A stretch of DNA of 63,560 nucleotides, counting the filler, from Octopus bimaculoides (taxonomy: Eukaryota): NCBI RefSeq assembly GCF_001194135.2. It is 5 parts of 5 records of this genome, joined end to end, with 100 filler letters (N's around TTAATTAATTAA, not from the genome) between each part and the next. Parts side by side here need not be neighbours in the genome. Positions count along the whole stretch, not along the records: positions 27,608 to 50,152 come from NC_069005.1; positions 50,253 to 53,381 come from NW_026302893.1; positions 53,482 to 62,364 come from NC_068987.1; 2 more parts are not named here. One strand, given 5' to 3'. Shown one piece after another: positions 45,750 to 59,100 of this stretch. The notes under the pieces were generated by a model that saw only the letters and a program-made list of their open reading frames with translations, had not been told where the DNA came from and made no database searches. Numbering within the stretch: the stretch's first letter is position 1; every line of letters begins with the position of its first letter. A program made the position numbers and the translations under genes.

Positions 45750-45987
45750 TGAGGGAGTGCTGAAAAGTTCCTGGCTTTGGGTAACAGAAAATACAGGTGG
45801 ATAAGTTATGATTTTATTCAACATATTCCCCTCTCAGATTCACACACTTATTGCAGCAGTCCTCCAGTTTTTCTAAGCCCTGTAAAAGAAGTCAGAAGGT
45901 TCATCGTCCAGCCAGGCCTTTTGCGATACCCTTCAACTAGGCCTTTTGCAATACCCTTAAAGCCAAGAACTTTTCAGCACCCCCTTG
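45750..45987. mobile_element. Complete mariner-derived MITE; partial copy at 50500-50640
   Basis: TIRs GAGGGAGTGCTGAAAAGTTCCTGGCTTT and AAAGCCAAGAACTTTTCAGCACCCCCTTG. Confidence 0.8.
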
Positions 45988-45993
45988 CATATG

Positions 45994-46099
<106 letters not shown>

Positions 46100-46794
46100 G
46101 TGTCATAATTTGGTATCCGTATTCCATGTTCAACAAGGATGTATTGGAAAAAAAAACCCCCCAAAACACCCAATGAAACAGTCTTGAATAAAAATGCTGA
46201 TACTGGAATTTTTGGTTGTGTTGGTTCCCAAGAATAATATCCAAAGGAAAATCCAGTTCCTCTGACAAAGTCTCACTCCCAGACATTTGGCACCGATCAA
46301 CCTTTGCAATAATCCTGCACTAATTCTCTTAGTCATTATGTTGCTAGAGTTTTTTGTGTTAATTGAAATGGTATTTAAGATAATTTCGCTAACGGATCTA
46401 TGCACTCTATTACTCTTTTGAGTCATTGGACTGTGGCCATCCTGGAGCATGTCTTGATCCTGAAAGAAATAGTTTTTTTTTTTTTTAAATTTGACATTTT
46501 TTTTTTGTTTTTGTGGTTTTGTACTGGATACTTAATTTAATTGTGACATGGTTGTTTAATTACTCAGACATTCCAAAGAACTTTCTCCAATGGTTTTTTT
46601 GTTTCAAGAATATAAACTGTAATTGAAGGGAGATTTGGCTGCTATTTCTAGCTGGTTGCCGGAGACACTGTAGAGCAGGGATTCTCAACCATTTCGATTA
46701 TGCCTTTGGACCCCTTTGATCCCTATATTACTCTCCTGGACCCTCAGCCCTTTTATACTTTTGAAAAATCCTATTCTATTTTCATAATATTATA

Positions 46795-47142
46795 GTTGTG
46801 GCTGAGTGGTAAGAAGTTTGCTTCCAAAGTACATGGTTCCAGGTTCAGTCCCACTGTGCGACAACTTGGGCAATTGTTTTTTACTGTAGCCTCAGACCAA
46901 CCAAAGCCTTGTGAATAGATGGAAACTGAAAGAAGCCTGTGTGTGTGTGTGTGTTTCTGTTTGTCCCCTATCACCACTTGACAACCGGTGTTGGTGTGTT
47001 TACATCCTCGTAACTTAGCAGTTCCGCAAAAGAGACCAATAGAATAAGTACTAAGCTTAAAAATAAGTTCTGGGGTTGATTTGCTCGACTAAAACCCTCC
47101 AAGGCAGTGCTCCGGCATGGCCGCAGTCAAATAACTGAAACT
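46795..47142 (+). mobile_element. SINE family A copy
   Basis: Head gtggctgagtggtaagaagtttgcttcc through tail ggccgcagtcaaataactgaaac. Confidence 0.8.
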
Positions 47143-50118
47143 AAGATAATTATATCAGAAAATTGTTAGAATATTTTGTGTCTTGTAGAAATAGAACCAG
47201 TTTGTTGCCCATGCTTTTGAACAACAAACTCCTTAATGTAGGGCTGTGAATTAAGCTGTCCCTTTTCATCCAGGACCTAAGTTACTGTAAAATAAAACCA
47301 CCCCTCGAAAACCTACATTTACAGGGTAAAGAAATAAAAATGCAGAAAAAAACTTTCTCAACTCACTTTCCCACACTTTTATTTCCCTGTCATTGTAACA
47401 ATGGTGAATTGCTTGAAAGGTCTCAGAATTGATGAAAAAGATAGAATAAAATAAAATAAAATATAGTGTTTGGGGTTGTGTGAAAAGAGGGTGACTAGCT
47501 AGGGTATGTGTATAAATAAAGTACCCTTTTTTTTTTGTTTTTTGACCCAGTCCAAACACAGTAATTTATTTCAGTGATGTTGTTGAATATTTTGGTGACA
47601 CTTGAATGAACAATTGTTGTGTCTAAGTAAAGCCAGCGACTCACTGCCTGCCTGACTGCCTCAGATACCTGGGTATTCAATACAGACAAGGTGATGGGTA
47701 GAAAGTTAATTATCAGAGCCATGTGAATTTTTAGGAAGGTTTTGGAAAGAAAAGAAAAATGAAATAAAAAGTTAAAATCCATTTAATTTGATTTGACCTT
47801 TTTGACACCAGTCTGTTGTGGAAGACCACCCTTTCTGTCATGTAAAAGAAAAAAAAAAAAACCTGTCCCTTTTAAAATCTTTTATTAAACTGTGACCATG
47901 CTGGGGCACCACTTTCAAGAATTTTTTAGTCGTATGAATCAACCCTCAGTATTTTTTATTTATTTTAAATCCTAGTACTTTATTCTGTTGGTCTATTTTG
48001 CCGAACTGCGAAGTTATGGGGACATAAACATACCAACACCGGTTGTCAAATAGTGGATGATGCAAACGAGAGAGGATCTTGTTTCTAAAGTGTTGTACGT
48101 ATTTTTTGCGGGGGGTGGGGTGAAGTGGTAATGGCTTCTATGTCCCTTTCTTCANNNNNNNNNNNNNNNNNNNNNNNNNNNNNNNNNNNNNNNNNNNNNN
48201 NNNNNNNNNNNNNNNNNNNNNNNNNNNNNNNNNNNNNNNNNNNNNNNNNNNNNNNNNNNNNNNNNNNNNNNNNNNNNNNNNNNNNNNNNNNNNNNNNNNN
48301 NNNNNNNNNNNNNNNNNNNNNNNNNNNNNNNNNNNNNNNNNNNNNNNNNNNNNNNNNNNNNNNNNNNNNNNNNNNNNNNNNNNNNNNNNNNNNNNNNNNN
48401 NNNNNNNNNNNNNNNNNNNNNNNNNNNNNNNNNNNNNNNNNNNNNNNNNNNNNNNNNNNNNNNNNNNNNNNNNNNNNNNNNNNNNNNNNNNNNNNNNNNN
48501 NNNNNNNNNNNNNNNNNNNNNNNNNNNNNNNNNNNNNNNNNNNNNNNNNNNNNNNNNNNNNTTGTGCATTTAGAATCTTTGTGAAAGACTTTGGAGGCTT
48601 TTGTTTATTGCCCGTGGGGGTGGGGTGGGGTGCGGGGTTATATTGGTTGTTGTTGTTGTGCATTAGATCTGACACCTTTTTAGTTGTGTATTGTATCGTG
48701 TTAGGTAACTGCCAGTCAGCTCTACCACAATGGATATATGTATGTGTGTATGTGTATATATGTGTGAGTGTGCATGTGTGTGGGCGTGTGTGTATATATG
48801 TGTATGGGCGTGTGTGTGTATATGTGTGTGCATATGTGTGTATGTGTGTGTCTGTGTGTGTGTGTGTGTATTTGTATGTGTGTGTGTCTGCCTGTCTGTG
48901 TAGGCATAGCTGTATGGTAAGAAGTTAGCTTTGCAATCAAATGGTTCTGGGTTCAATTCCACAGTGTAGCACCTTGAGCAAGTTATCGTCGTGTGTCTAC
49001 ATGTACCTCCTAATAGAGAGGAGAGATATATACACAAAAACTATTTATTTGTGTATAAGTTGCACTATTTTATATTTGATTTTTAATTGTGACATATGTA
49101 TGGGGCAAAAATAAAACTATGTAGTGGAAAAATTTTGTACCAAAATTTAATGTTAAATTAGGGATGCGACTTACACATGAGAAAATATGGTGTGTGTGTG
49201 TAATCTTGGCTTGACCCTTATTTCACTTATCCCCTAATAAGGTTTCTCAGTTCCCTTTGATATTTTTCAATTATCCAGGCTTAGCCAGATTGATAACGTG
49301 CCGACACTGACTTTCATATACTTTGAAATTAAACTGTTGATACCAGCTGATAATGAACTAAGGTCAAACGGGTGGAGAACAGTTTAATTAGGTCAACGAA
49401 CGGGTTAATTTAGTCAGTGATATAAACAACAAAACAATGTCGATTCGTTGCTGGTTTCGAAACGATCCTTTTTGCATGTCGTATTTACAAAGATTTACTG
49501 ATTGACAAACGGAAATAAAAATTATGTAGGGGTCGCAGACTCTATAGTCTTTAATTTATAGAAATGGTAAAGGTGCAGACTTGGCAGAATCGTTAGCATG
49601 CGGGGCAAAAATGCTTAATGACATTTCATCTATTTTTACATTCTAAGCTCAGATTCTGCTGAGGTCGACTTTGCCTTTCATCCTTTTAGGGCCAACAAAA
49701 ATAAGTACCAGTGACGTATTGGAGGGAGGTGGGCGATGTGCCAAAATTTGAAACCAGTTTCTTGAAATAAGAATAATTGGAATATATTTGACTCTTTCTG
49801 ATATTTTTTATAGACATGACCCTGTAAACTGAATTCTGTTGCTATAGTCTCCATGGAAACAGAAACGTCTGGAATCACTTGATTCTTTCATTTTAAATCA
49901 AATGTTTTATGTTCCGTTTTGCCAGTTTTTGTTTGTTGCTCAAAACTAGAAATAAAAACCAACACAATTAACCGATATTAGCTTGGTTAATTGCACATGC
50001 AATTAACCAAGTGCGTTTGCATAATGGTTCAGTGTTTTCAAGAGTTATTCAATTAACCATCTTGTATACATGCACGTGCGTGTATGTATGTATGTATGTA
50101 TGTATGTATGTATGTATG

Positions 50119-50152
<34 letters not shown>

Positions 50153-50252
50153 NNNNNNNNNNNNNNNNNNNNNNNNNNNNNNNNNNNNNNNNNNNNTTAA
50201 TTAATTAANNNNNNNNNNNNNNNNNNNNNNNNNNNNNNNNNNNNNNNNNNNN

Positions 50253-50294
<42 letters not shown>

Positions 50295-50640
50295 AAGTGT
50301 TGAAGAATATATGCCATATGGTTAACATATGCATTCATATATACATACATACTGCACATACGAACAGACACACACTGCTGGCATCTCTAGCGGAAGTATT
50401 TATTGGTTCAAATTGCCACGATAATCTGCAAATCCAAGTCCCTCAACACGTTGTATTACATCTCAAACATTCTGATGAGTATATATATGTACATATATAC
50501 AAGTGGGTGCTGAAAAGTTCCTGCTTTAAGGGTTTCGCAAAAGGCCTGTTTAGAGACTCAAACTTTCCGAGTTCTTTTAGAGGACTTAGAAAAAAATTAA
50601 AAGACTGCTGCAATAAGTGTGTGAATCTGAGAGGAGAATA

Positions 50641-51046
50641 TACTCTTTTACTCTTTCACTTGTTTCAGTCATTTGACTGCGGCCATGCTGGAGCACCGCC
50701 TTTAGTCGAGCAAATCGACCCCAGGACTTATTCTTTGTAAGCCCAGTACTTATTCTATCGGTCTCTTTTGCCGAACCGCTAGATTACGTGGACGTAAACG
50801 CACCAGCATCGGTTGTCAAGCGATGGTGGGGGGACAAACACAGACACACAAACATATACACACACACGCATATACATATACATATATACGACGGGCTTCT
50901 TTCAGTTTCCGTCTACCAAATCCACTCACAAGGCTTTGGTCGACCCGAGACTATAGTAGAAGATACCTGCCCAAGGTGTCACGCAGTGGGACTGAACCCG
51001 GAACCATGTGGTTGGTAAGCAAGTTACTTACCACACAGCCACACCT
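50641..51046 (-). mobile_element. Full-length, young SINE family A (tRNA head, internal microsatellite, LINE-like hairpin tail)
   Basis: A box gtggctgtgtggtaag, B box gggttcagtccc, CpGs retained, (AGTAAAAG)n-type tail. Confidence 0.9.
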
Positions 51047-51165
51047 GGTTGTATGGTATGAAATTTGCTTCCCCATNNNNNNNNNNNNNNNNNNNNNNNN
51101 NNNNNNNNNNNNNNNNNNNNNNNNNNNNNNNNNNNNNNNNNNNNNNNNNNNNNNNNNNNNNNNNN

Positions 51166-51196
<31 letters not shown>

Positions 51197-51415
51197 GTGT
51201 GTATGTGTGTGTGCGTGCGTGTGTGTCTGTAGTTGTCTCCCGCCAATTGTTTGATACCCGGTGTTGCTATCTTTACATCCTGTAACTTAGTAGTTCGGCA
51301 TAAAAAGCCGATAGAATAAGGACCAGGCTTTAAAAAATGAACTGGAGTTGAATCTTTCGACTAAAATTCCTCAGGACAGTACTCCAGCATGGCCGCTGTC
51401 AAATTGCTGAAACAG
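51047..51415 (+). mobile_element. Older SINE family A copy, head-to-head with the previous one (gapped)
   Basis: Head ggttgtatggtatgaaatttgcttccc; tail ctccagcatggccgctgtcaaattgctgaaac. Confidence 0.65.
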
Positions 51416-51689
51416 CTCAAAGAAAATTCCCATGACGCTTGGCAGGACTTCCGTGAGTGTTGAGAGGGACGTAGGGAGGTGGCCTGAATCCTCGCAAGAG
51501 GGTGAACCTCCGTAAAAGGCACCGAAGGTGTCACTTGGTAAAAGTGAAAAGCATATTAGCTCTAGGTCTCTCTCATAAGGCTGGTTACCCAGTTTCCAAG
51601 GTGTATAAATAGCCGCAGTAACAGGGTAACCCTTGAGTAGGACGCGGGCAGTTGCAGAGTTCATGGTTAGCAAATTTTGAAACAAGAGA

Positions 51690-52150
51690 CATGTCGATTA
51701 CATCGACCCCGATACTTAACGGCTACTTATTCTTTCGATGGCGAAAGAATCACAGGAAAAGCTGACCTCGGTTGGATTTGAATTCAGAAGGTAAAGAGCC
51801 GGGAGAAATGCTGCAAAGCATTTTGTCCGGCGTTATCACGATTGTGCTAGCTTGCCGCCTTAGCGTTTGTTCATTAAGGTGACGAATTAAATTTACTGCA
51901 AAACGTTCGGCCATGGCAAGATCTGAACTCAGAATGTAAAGAGTCGGAAAACATACTACAAGGTATCCGACTCGACAATCTTACGGTTGCACTTTCCATT
52001 CTACTGCCTTTGGTTGTTGCTATTTTATCAATCTCGAAAGAATGAAGGGCAAAGTTGAACTCGGTCGGATTTGAACTCACACCAAAAAGAGTTGGAAGAA
52101 ATACGGTGACGCTTTTTTTGTCCGACGCTCAAACCACTCTGCCAGTTCGC
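51690..52150 (-). mobile_element. Cluster of SINE family B copies
   Basis: Repeated gatttgaa.tcagaa...gctaa/gcatttt..ctgccag..cgcc antisense heads. Confidence 0.65.
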
Positions 52151-53323
52151 CGATCATACATGCATGCATTCATTGATACATACATGCATACCTGTATGCA
52201 TGTATAAACAGTGCTAGTTACTCTCATCCGATTGTAAATTCACATTTATGATCACAATTCGTGCGGTCAGCAACATACAAAGTTAGTGTTTGCAACGGCG
52301 TGCAGTATCCGGCTGATGGACATTTTGCATATTAAAATTTGTAAGCGGAGCAGTAAAACTATACAAGATATTTCTAAATTTCAATCTCTATTTAGTGTTT
52401 TATCTTTTTGGGAAGAATCCAAATACTACAAATAAGATAGGGGCAGAGAATATACATAATGGCATACGCTCAATAATCAATGTTTATATATATATATATA
52501 TATNNNNNNNNNNNNNNNNNNNNNNNNNNNNNNNNNNNNNNNNNNNNNNNNNNNNNNNNNNNNNNNNNNNNNNNNNNNNNNNNNNNNNNNNNNNNNNNNN
52601 NNNNNNNNNNNNNNNNNNNNNNNNNNNNNNNNNNNNNNNNNNNNNNNNNNNNNNNNNNNNNNNNNNNNNNNNNNNNNNNNNNNNNNNNNNNNNNNNNNNN
52701 NNNNNNNNNNNNNNNNNNNNNNNNNNNNNNNNNNNNNNNNNNNNNNNNNNNNNNNNNNNNNNNNNNNNNNNNNNNNNNNNNNNNNNNNNNNNNNNNNNNN
52801 NNNNNNATATATATATATATATATATATACTCTTTATGCTGTATGTCTCGTTTTTCTGTTTGATTTTTTTCGTTGTTCGAAAAAAAGTTCGTCTTTATGT
52901 TTTCATTTCTTATTGTGTTTAACGCTTTTTTGTGATGTCCTGTACCCATATATGCTTGTATGTATACATATAGATGTAGGTATCTACATATATGTATGGA
53001 TATACGCATATGTCTATATAATATATATATAAACATAAATAAACATATATATATATATATATATATACGTATATAAACATATGTTTATATAATTAAATTA
53101 ATAATATATATATATGCATGTATACACATATATACATGTACATGCCTACACATCTATGTATATATATACATGCATATATGGGTACAGGACGTCAAGAAAA
53201 AAAAATGCGAACAAAATGAGAAACGAGAACATAAAAAACATAAGCATGGAAAACGAACTTTTTTCGAACAACGAAAGAAACAAATATATACATACACACA
53301 CACATATATAATATATATATATA

Positions 53324-53381
<58 letters not shown>

Positions 53382-54402
53382 NNNNNNNNNNNNNNNNNNN
53401 NNNNNNNNNNNNNNNNNNNNNNNNNTTAATTAATTAANNNNNNNNNNNNNNNNNNNNNNNNNNNNNNNNNNNNNNNNNNNNATATATATATGTATGTATA
53501 AATGTATGTATGTATGTATGTTAGTATATATATATATATATATACATATGAGTAAAACGAGCAATATTGATTAACAATATTGATATTATATTATATTACG
53601 TGTGTGTATGTGTGTGTATAAATGCTTGGTTTTCTGTTATTATAAAACCAATTTTACGTGAAGTTGAAGGATTACTCAATACAATTTCTAGTGTCACAAT
53701 ATCACAAAATAAAAGGTGCCCTGATATAATTATGATGTTTCAAGATAAATAATCAAACGGAAAGTGGGAAATGTAACTTCAGAAAAATGACAATGTCAAT
53801 ATAGTTCTATCACGGAGAATTAGGTTGAGATGGCGTGTGGTTATTTCCTTTATACCTTTTTCTCTGTCCTTCCCCTCTCTCCCTTTCTCTCTCTATCTCT
53901 CTCCCTCTCTCTCTCTATCTCTAGTTCCTTCCCTAATTCTTCAATGCCTCTAACTCCAACCTCTCTTTGTTCCCTCCACGCGACCGGTATTCGTCTAAGC
54001 ATGATCTTTCCTTCTCGACCTAACATATATGTGCCTCAAGGCTTTCACTCCATACGCCAGCTTAACTTAACAAATTATTAGTCGAAAGACACTTATTATT
54101 CTCTTGTATTTGTAATCTTGTATCTGTAATCTTGTATTTGTAATCGTGTAACATTTCCTCCGTTTTCTCGTTTTATATATTTTTTTGTGTGTGTTGTACA
54201 CATTCGCTTGCTTTCTTCAAAAAATGTAATGCTCTTAGCTTAGATTTTTGGGGCCTACCAATTTGAACAGTCTCAAGCGTAACAGACCGGAACTGTAATG
54301 ATAATTGGAAGCTTGACTGATGAATAGAGGTCCCCGAATGGTCTGTCCTGGTTTTTCCTGACCGTCTTTGTATCGTCCGTACGTTTTTATTGCCATCTCT
54401 AT

Positions 54403-54489
<87 letters not shown>

Positions 54490-56361
54490 CTCGTTACAGA
54501 AATCTGTATAAGAGTCGAAAGCAATTATTTAAACTGAGAATAATGTTTATCATTCTAACCCATGGGTGTTCTTTTAGCACAGACGATACTGCTATTTTAA
54601 CACCAGGTGGACGTCTCCTCTCATAGGTTAATCAGTGCGCTTCGCACTCGATATATTTTCCAAGCGGGAAGGGAACTCCCTACAACCAACCACAGAGATC
54701 ACCAGACCGGACGGTGGTCGTATATATGTCTAAGGAATCGAGGAGACTCGTGGTAATCAGGTGCAGCGAATTTTCTATTTATTAGGATTCAGGTAAAATT
54801 ACTTGATTTGGATTTCTAATGAAAGGGTAAGTCATCAACAGTTCAGTGAAAATACGTCTTCAAAACAGAAATGTAGGCGTGCAACCACTGAATGTGTGAC
54901 AACCACGAAAAAATATATTTTGCGCAAGTTCGGAAATATATTTTTCCGCAAGTTAGGAAATACAGATTTAAGTAATTATAGCGATTATAATATGGCGTTG
55001 GTTTTCATAAACGAAATCTCATAATATGAGAAATCAGCTGTCAGATTATTTATTGATTCATTAATCGGCATTTACAAGTGTAAGCGCTGCCAGAGCAATA
55101 CTGCATATTTCCCTCCAACGGTGAGAATTTACTGGCAGTAGTTTCAACAGCTGGCTGGAATGCCTCTTCAGATTCAGACATAAAAGCCGATTATATCTCT
55201 ATAAGAAATGATTAACGTCCTTTGTCTATGAATATAGGCATCACATTGTCATTAAGCAATTAACTATTGTAATGAACACTGAATTTAGCAATGTCATTAA
55301 CCCGAAGTAGGCCGATAATGAATTTAACAGTAATGAGATATTTTCAAAATGCATGCAGCGTAATAGTCATATTCTAGCGCGTAATACACCCAAAATTTCA
55401 TCAAATATCTATGTCTGAATATACGTAAAGAAGTAAGAATAATTTCAGATATTCAGTAGTTGAGAGGATATTACACCCAACTCTGAGTATTACTGATCAA
55501 TACTAGATAAACAAGCAAAGTCAGCACCGCAGGAAATTAAATAGCTGAATAAACACTCACAAGTGTCTTTATTAATTCCTTTGAAAATTAAAGAATTATG
55601 TTTGAATTTTGTGAAGTGAGATAGAAGAATAACTGAAGAATAGTGGTTGGACAATAATTCGTGTGAAGAATTGTTTAGACAACAGTTATTGCATCCTTGT
55701 TATCTAGCCCGTGATACACGAACACAGAAACCGCATATATGTGCGTATATAGTTTTAAACGTAATAGAAAAGCGTTATGTTACTACACTCTGGGGGGAAA
55801 TAGCATGTCAGTTATCGAATGGCCCAATAATAATAGTACGTAAGCATACGCAGACATCTTACGCTGCATGAAACCGTTTATTTATAGCTCTCAGTACTAA
55901 AGTCTATTCTACAAAATGTTTTTAACACGTTCTATATCATGTAAGTCTATTTCATCTACAACTGACATCAGCTTTGTATTCTAGGCAACTACTGCTATTA
56001 ATTGACAATAAGAAAAGACTTTATTTTTTCAGGTTTTCCCGAATACAGATAATAGGTGTAAAATGTATTTGATCGCAATAATATAGACTTTGGATTGTTT
56101 GCACAATTGTTTTTTTTTTTTGTGACTTTAGAGACATAATTTGATGGGGGAGCAGTCTCTAAGTTTCTTCAAATAGGAACAGTAAAGAATTAATCATAGT
56201 ATGCTCTGCAGTAACATAGTGAGGTATACTCCGATGGGAGATTGACAGTTTTATAGATAATACATTAGCTTTTCGATACTGTATTCACCGGAAGGTCAAC
56301 TAGAATATATTCGAGATTAGCAAATGCACTAATAATATACACGGCCTTCTTCAAAATTTAG

Positions 56362-56402
<41 letters not shown>

Positions 56403-57020
56403 NNNNNNNNNNNNNNNNNNNNNNNNNNNNNNNNNNNNNNNNNNNNNNNNNNNNNNNNNNNNNNNNNNNNNNNNNNNNNNNNNNNNNNNNNNNNNNNNNN
56501 NNNNNNNNNNNNNNNNNNNNNNNNNNNNNNNNNNNNNNNNNNNNNNNNNNNNNNNNNNNNNNNNNNNNNNNNNNNNNNNNNNNNNNNNNNNNNNNNNNNN
56601 NNNNNNNNNNNNNNNNNNNNNNNNNNNNNNNNNNNNNNNNNNNNNNNNNNNNNNNNNNNNNNNNNNNNNNNNNNNNNNNNNNNNNNNNNNNNNNNNNNNN
56701 NNNNNNNNNNNNNNNNNNNNNNNNNNNNNNNNNNNNNNNNNNNNNNNNNNNNNNNNNNNNNNNNNNNNNNNNNNNNNNNNNNNNNNNNNNNNNNNNNNNN
56801 NNNNNNNNNNNNNNNNNNNNNNNNNNNNNNNNNNNNNNNNNNNNNNNNNNNNNNNNNNNNNNNNNNNNNNNNNNNNNNNNNNNNNNNNNNNNNNNNNNNN
56901 NNNNNNNNNNNNNNNNNNNNNNNNNNNNNNNNNNNNNNNNNNNNNNNNNNNNNNNNNNNNNNNNNNNNNNNNNNNNNNNNNNNNNNNNNNNNNNNNNNNN
57001 NNNNNNNNNNNNNNNNNNNN

Positions 57021-57070
57021 AAGAAGAAGAAGAAGAAGAAGAAGAAGAAGAAGAAGAAGAAGAAGAAGAA
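57021..57070. repeat. (AAG)n microsatellite next to a gap
   Basis: Directly visible. Confidence 0.95.
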
Positions 57071-57559
57071 CGCGGGTGTGCTATGACAGTAGTAGGATGT
57101 TAAATAGTTAAGTGTGCTGAAAGTGACTTATTGTGGATGGTAGCAGTGATTGAATTCTTGAGACATCTCTTTTGAATGTATTACTCTTTTACTCTTTTAC
57201 TTGTTTCAGTCATTTGACTGCGGCCATGCTGGAGCACCGCCTTTATAATATTGTTTATAATATTTGCGTAGGTGTTATTCTAAACAGCAGTAGTAGTAAA
57301 GTACCGAAGGAGGAGGCGAAGAGGAAGAAAACGAAGAAGGAGAAAGAGAAGGAGAGAGAATAATTAGGGAATGCGGGATGGTATGATAGTAGTAGGATTT
57401 TAAATGATCGAGTGACTTAAAAGTGGCTCATTGTGGGTTATAGCAGTGATTGGGGCTGATTTTAATGAATTCTTGCGTATTTCTTGAATGTATCATTTCT
57501 AATATTTGCGTGTGTGTTATTCTATATAATGTGTGGGTGTGAGTGTGCGCGTGCGTGTG

Positions 57560-57622
<63 letters not shown>

Positions 57623-58537
57623 CCCTCTTCTCGTCGTATATATCTTAACATTGGACGCCATTTTATAATTGGCTTATTTCTGTTTTGCATCTTATTTGCA
57701 AGTCACAGACAGGCGAGATAACTCACCCAGATCCCATTCAGGAGGAGTAATGGTCATCGATGTTTCGCCAGTTTTGTGTTTTATCAACTCTACGTCTCAG
57801 AACCGAATTGGAGGTAAATTGAATAGCTTGCTCATAACTATATGCATGGTACCTTATATTATAACTCAATCTCAAAACGAAGTCGTTTTGTGATGAAATG
57901 ACATATATGTCTGTAAATATATTTATGTTGTTTGCACATGAACAAAGGGAGTAGATGTAGAAAATGACAATGAAAGTTTGAAATATCATTCAGATATTTA
58001 TTTTGTAAAGCCTACAAATTGTGTTTTTAACTCACTGATGTAACTAATCGGATAGATAAAAAACAAAAACGACCATAGTATTCCTGTCCACATCAAATAC
58101 ATAAATATCAACACTCTCAATATATGTACAACATCTACACAATGAAACAAACATATACTACAAATAACAAAAGATTGTATGTATTAATAATGAACAGCAA
58201 CACAATATAGTGTTTAACGCTGATTGCACGAATGCGTAAACAAATGATCAGAAGAGGAAAAAATAAATTAACGATAATGCGCTGACTCACAAGAACAGTT
58301 TCACATTAATAACATTCTATTGATACAAAAATTGGCATCTATGTCATCTATAGCAAAAGACAAGTTCGTAAAACTTTAAACAATCTATTAATCACAGCTG
58401 TCACTCCGCAACTTGATTGCAAACATTGGAATTATAAACATCGGGACACTAGATGTTATATTGGGCATGCAGCTATATATATTTTCCACGAGCTTGGCAG
58501 CCACATCAATTGTGATATTACGGATGTCCTGCACACG

Positions 58538-59100
58538 TACGAGGAGGTATCAAAAAGTTACCGGACTAGTTAAGGATAATAATTGATAACCTATTTACTT
58601 AAATCTTAACATGATCTTTTTCGAAATAGTCACCTTGTGCAACAATACACCGTTCAGTGTGTTCCTGCCTGGAAGTCGTTTTCCGTAAGCAAGCAAAGGA
58701 CCTTCTGCGATTCACTCTTGATACCGACAACGTCGTTAAAACAGAGATATTTGACATACATTTTCCTCTTGGAGAAGAGATAGAAGTCTGCAGGTGTTAA
58801 ATCTGGCGATTAGGGGGGGGGGGGTGCAGAAGCATTACCATGTTGCTTTTGGCGAGAAAATCACGAATGAAGAGAGCTCAGTGACAGGGTGCATTATTGT
58901 GAAGAATTCAATTCTTCGCAGACGTTAGGTTTGCTTGCACGAACCCAAACAACAGACGAGCACCATCATTAATGTCATTGATTGTCCTCCGATGATCTTC
59001 AAGCAGAAGTTGTTGAATTTTCTCTTGGCTGGTCTTCCAGATCGCTCATTGTCTCCCAGAGACTTTCTTTCGCTTTTGAAGTGCTTATGCTACTCGAAAC
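58538..59100 (-). mobile_element. Internally deleted mariner element with one TIR
   Basis: TA|CGAGGAGGTATCAAAAAGTTACCGGACT terminus; minus strand NAPCH*ALFIRDFLAKSNMVMLLHPP.SPDLTPADFYLFSKRK. Confidence 0.8.
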
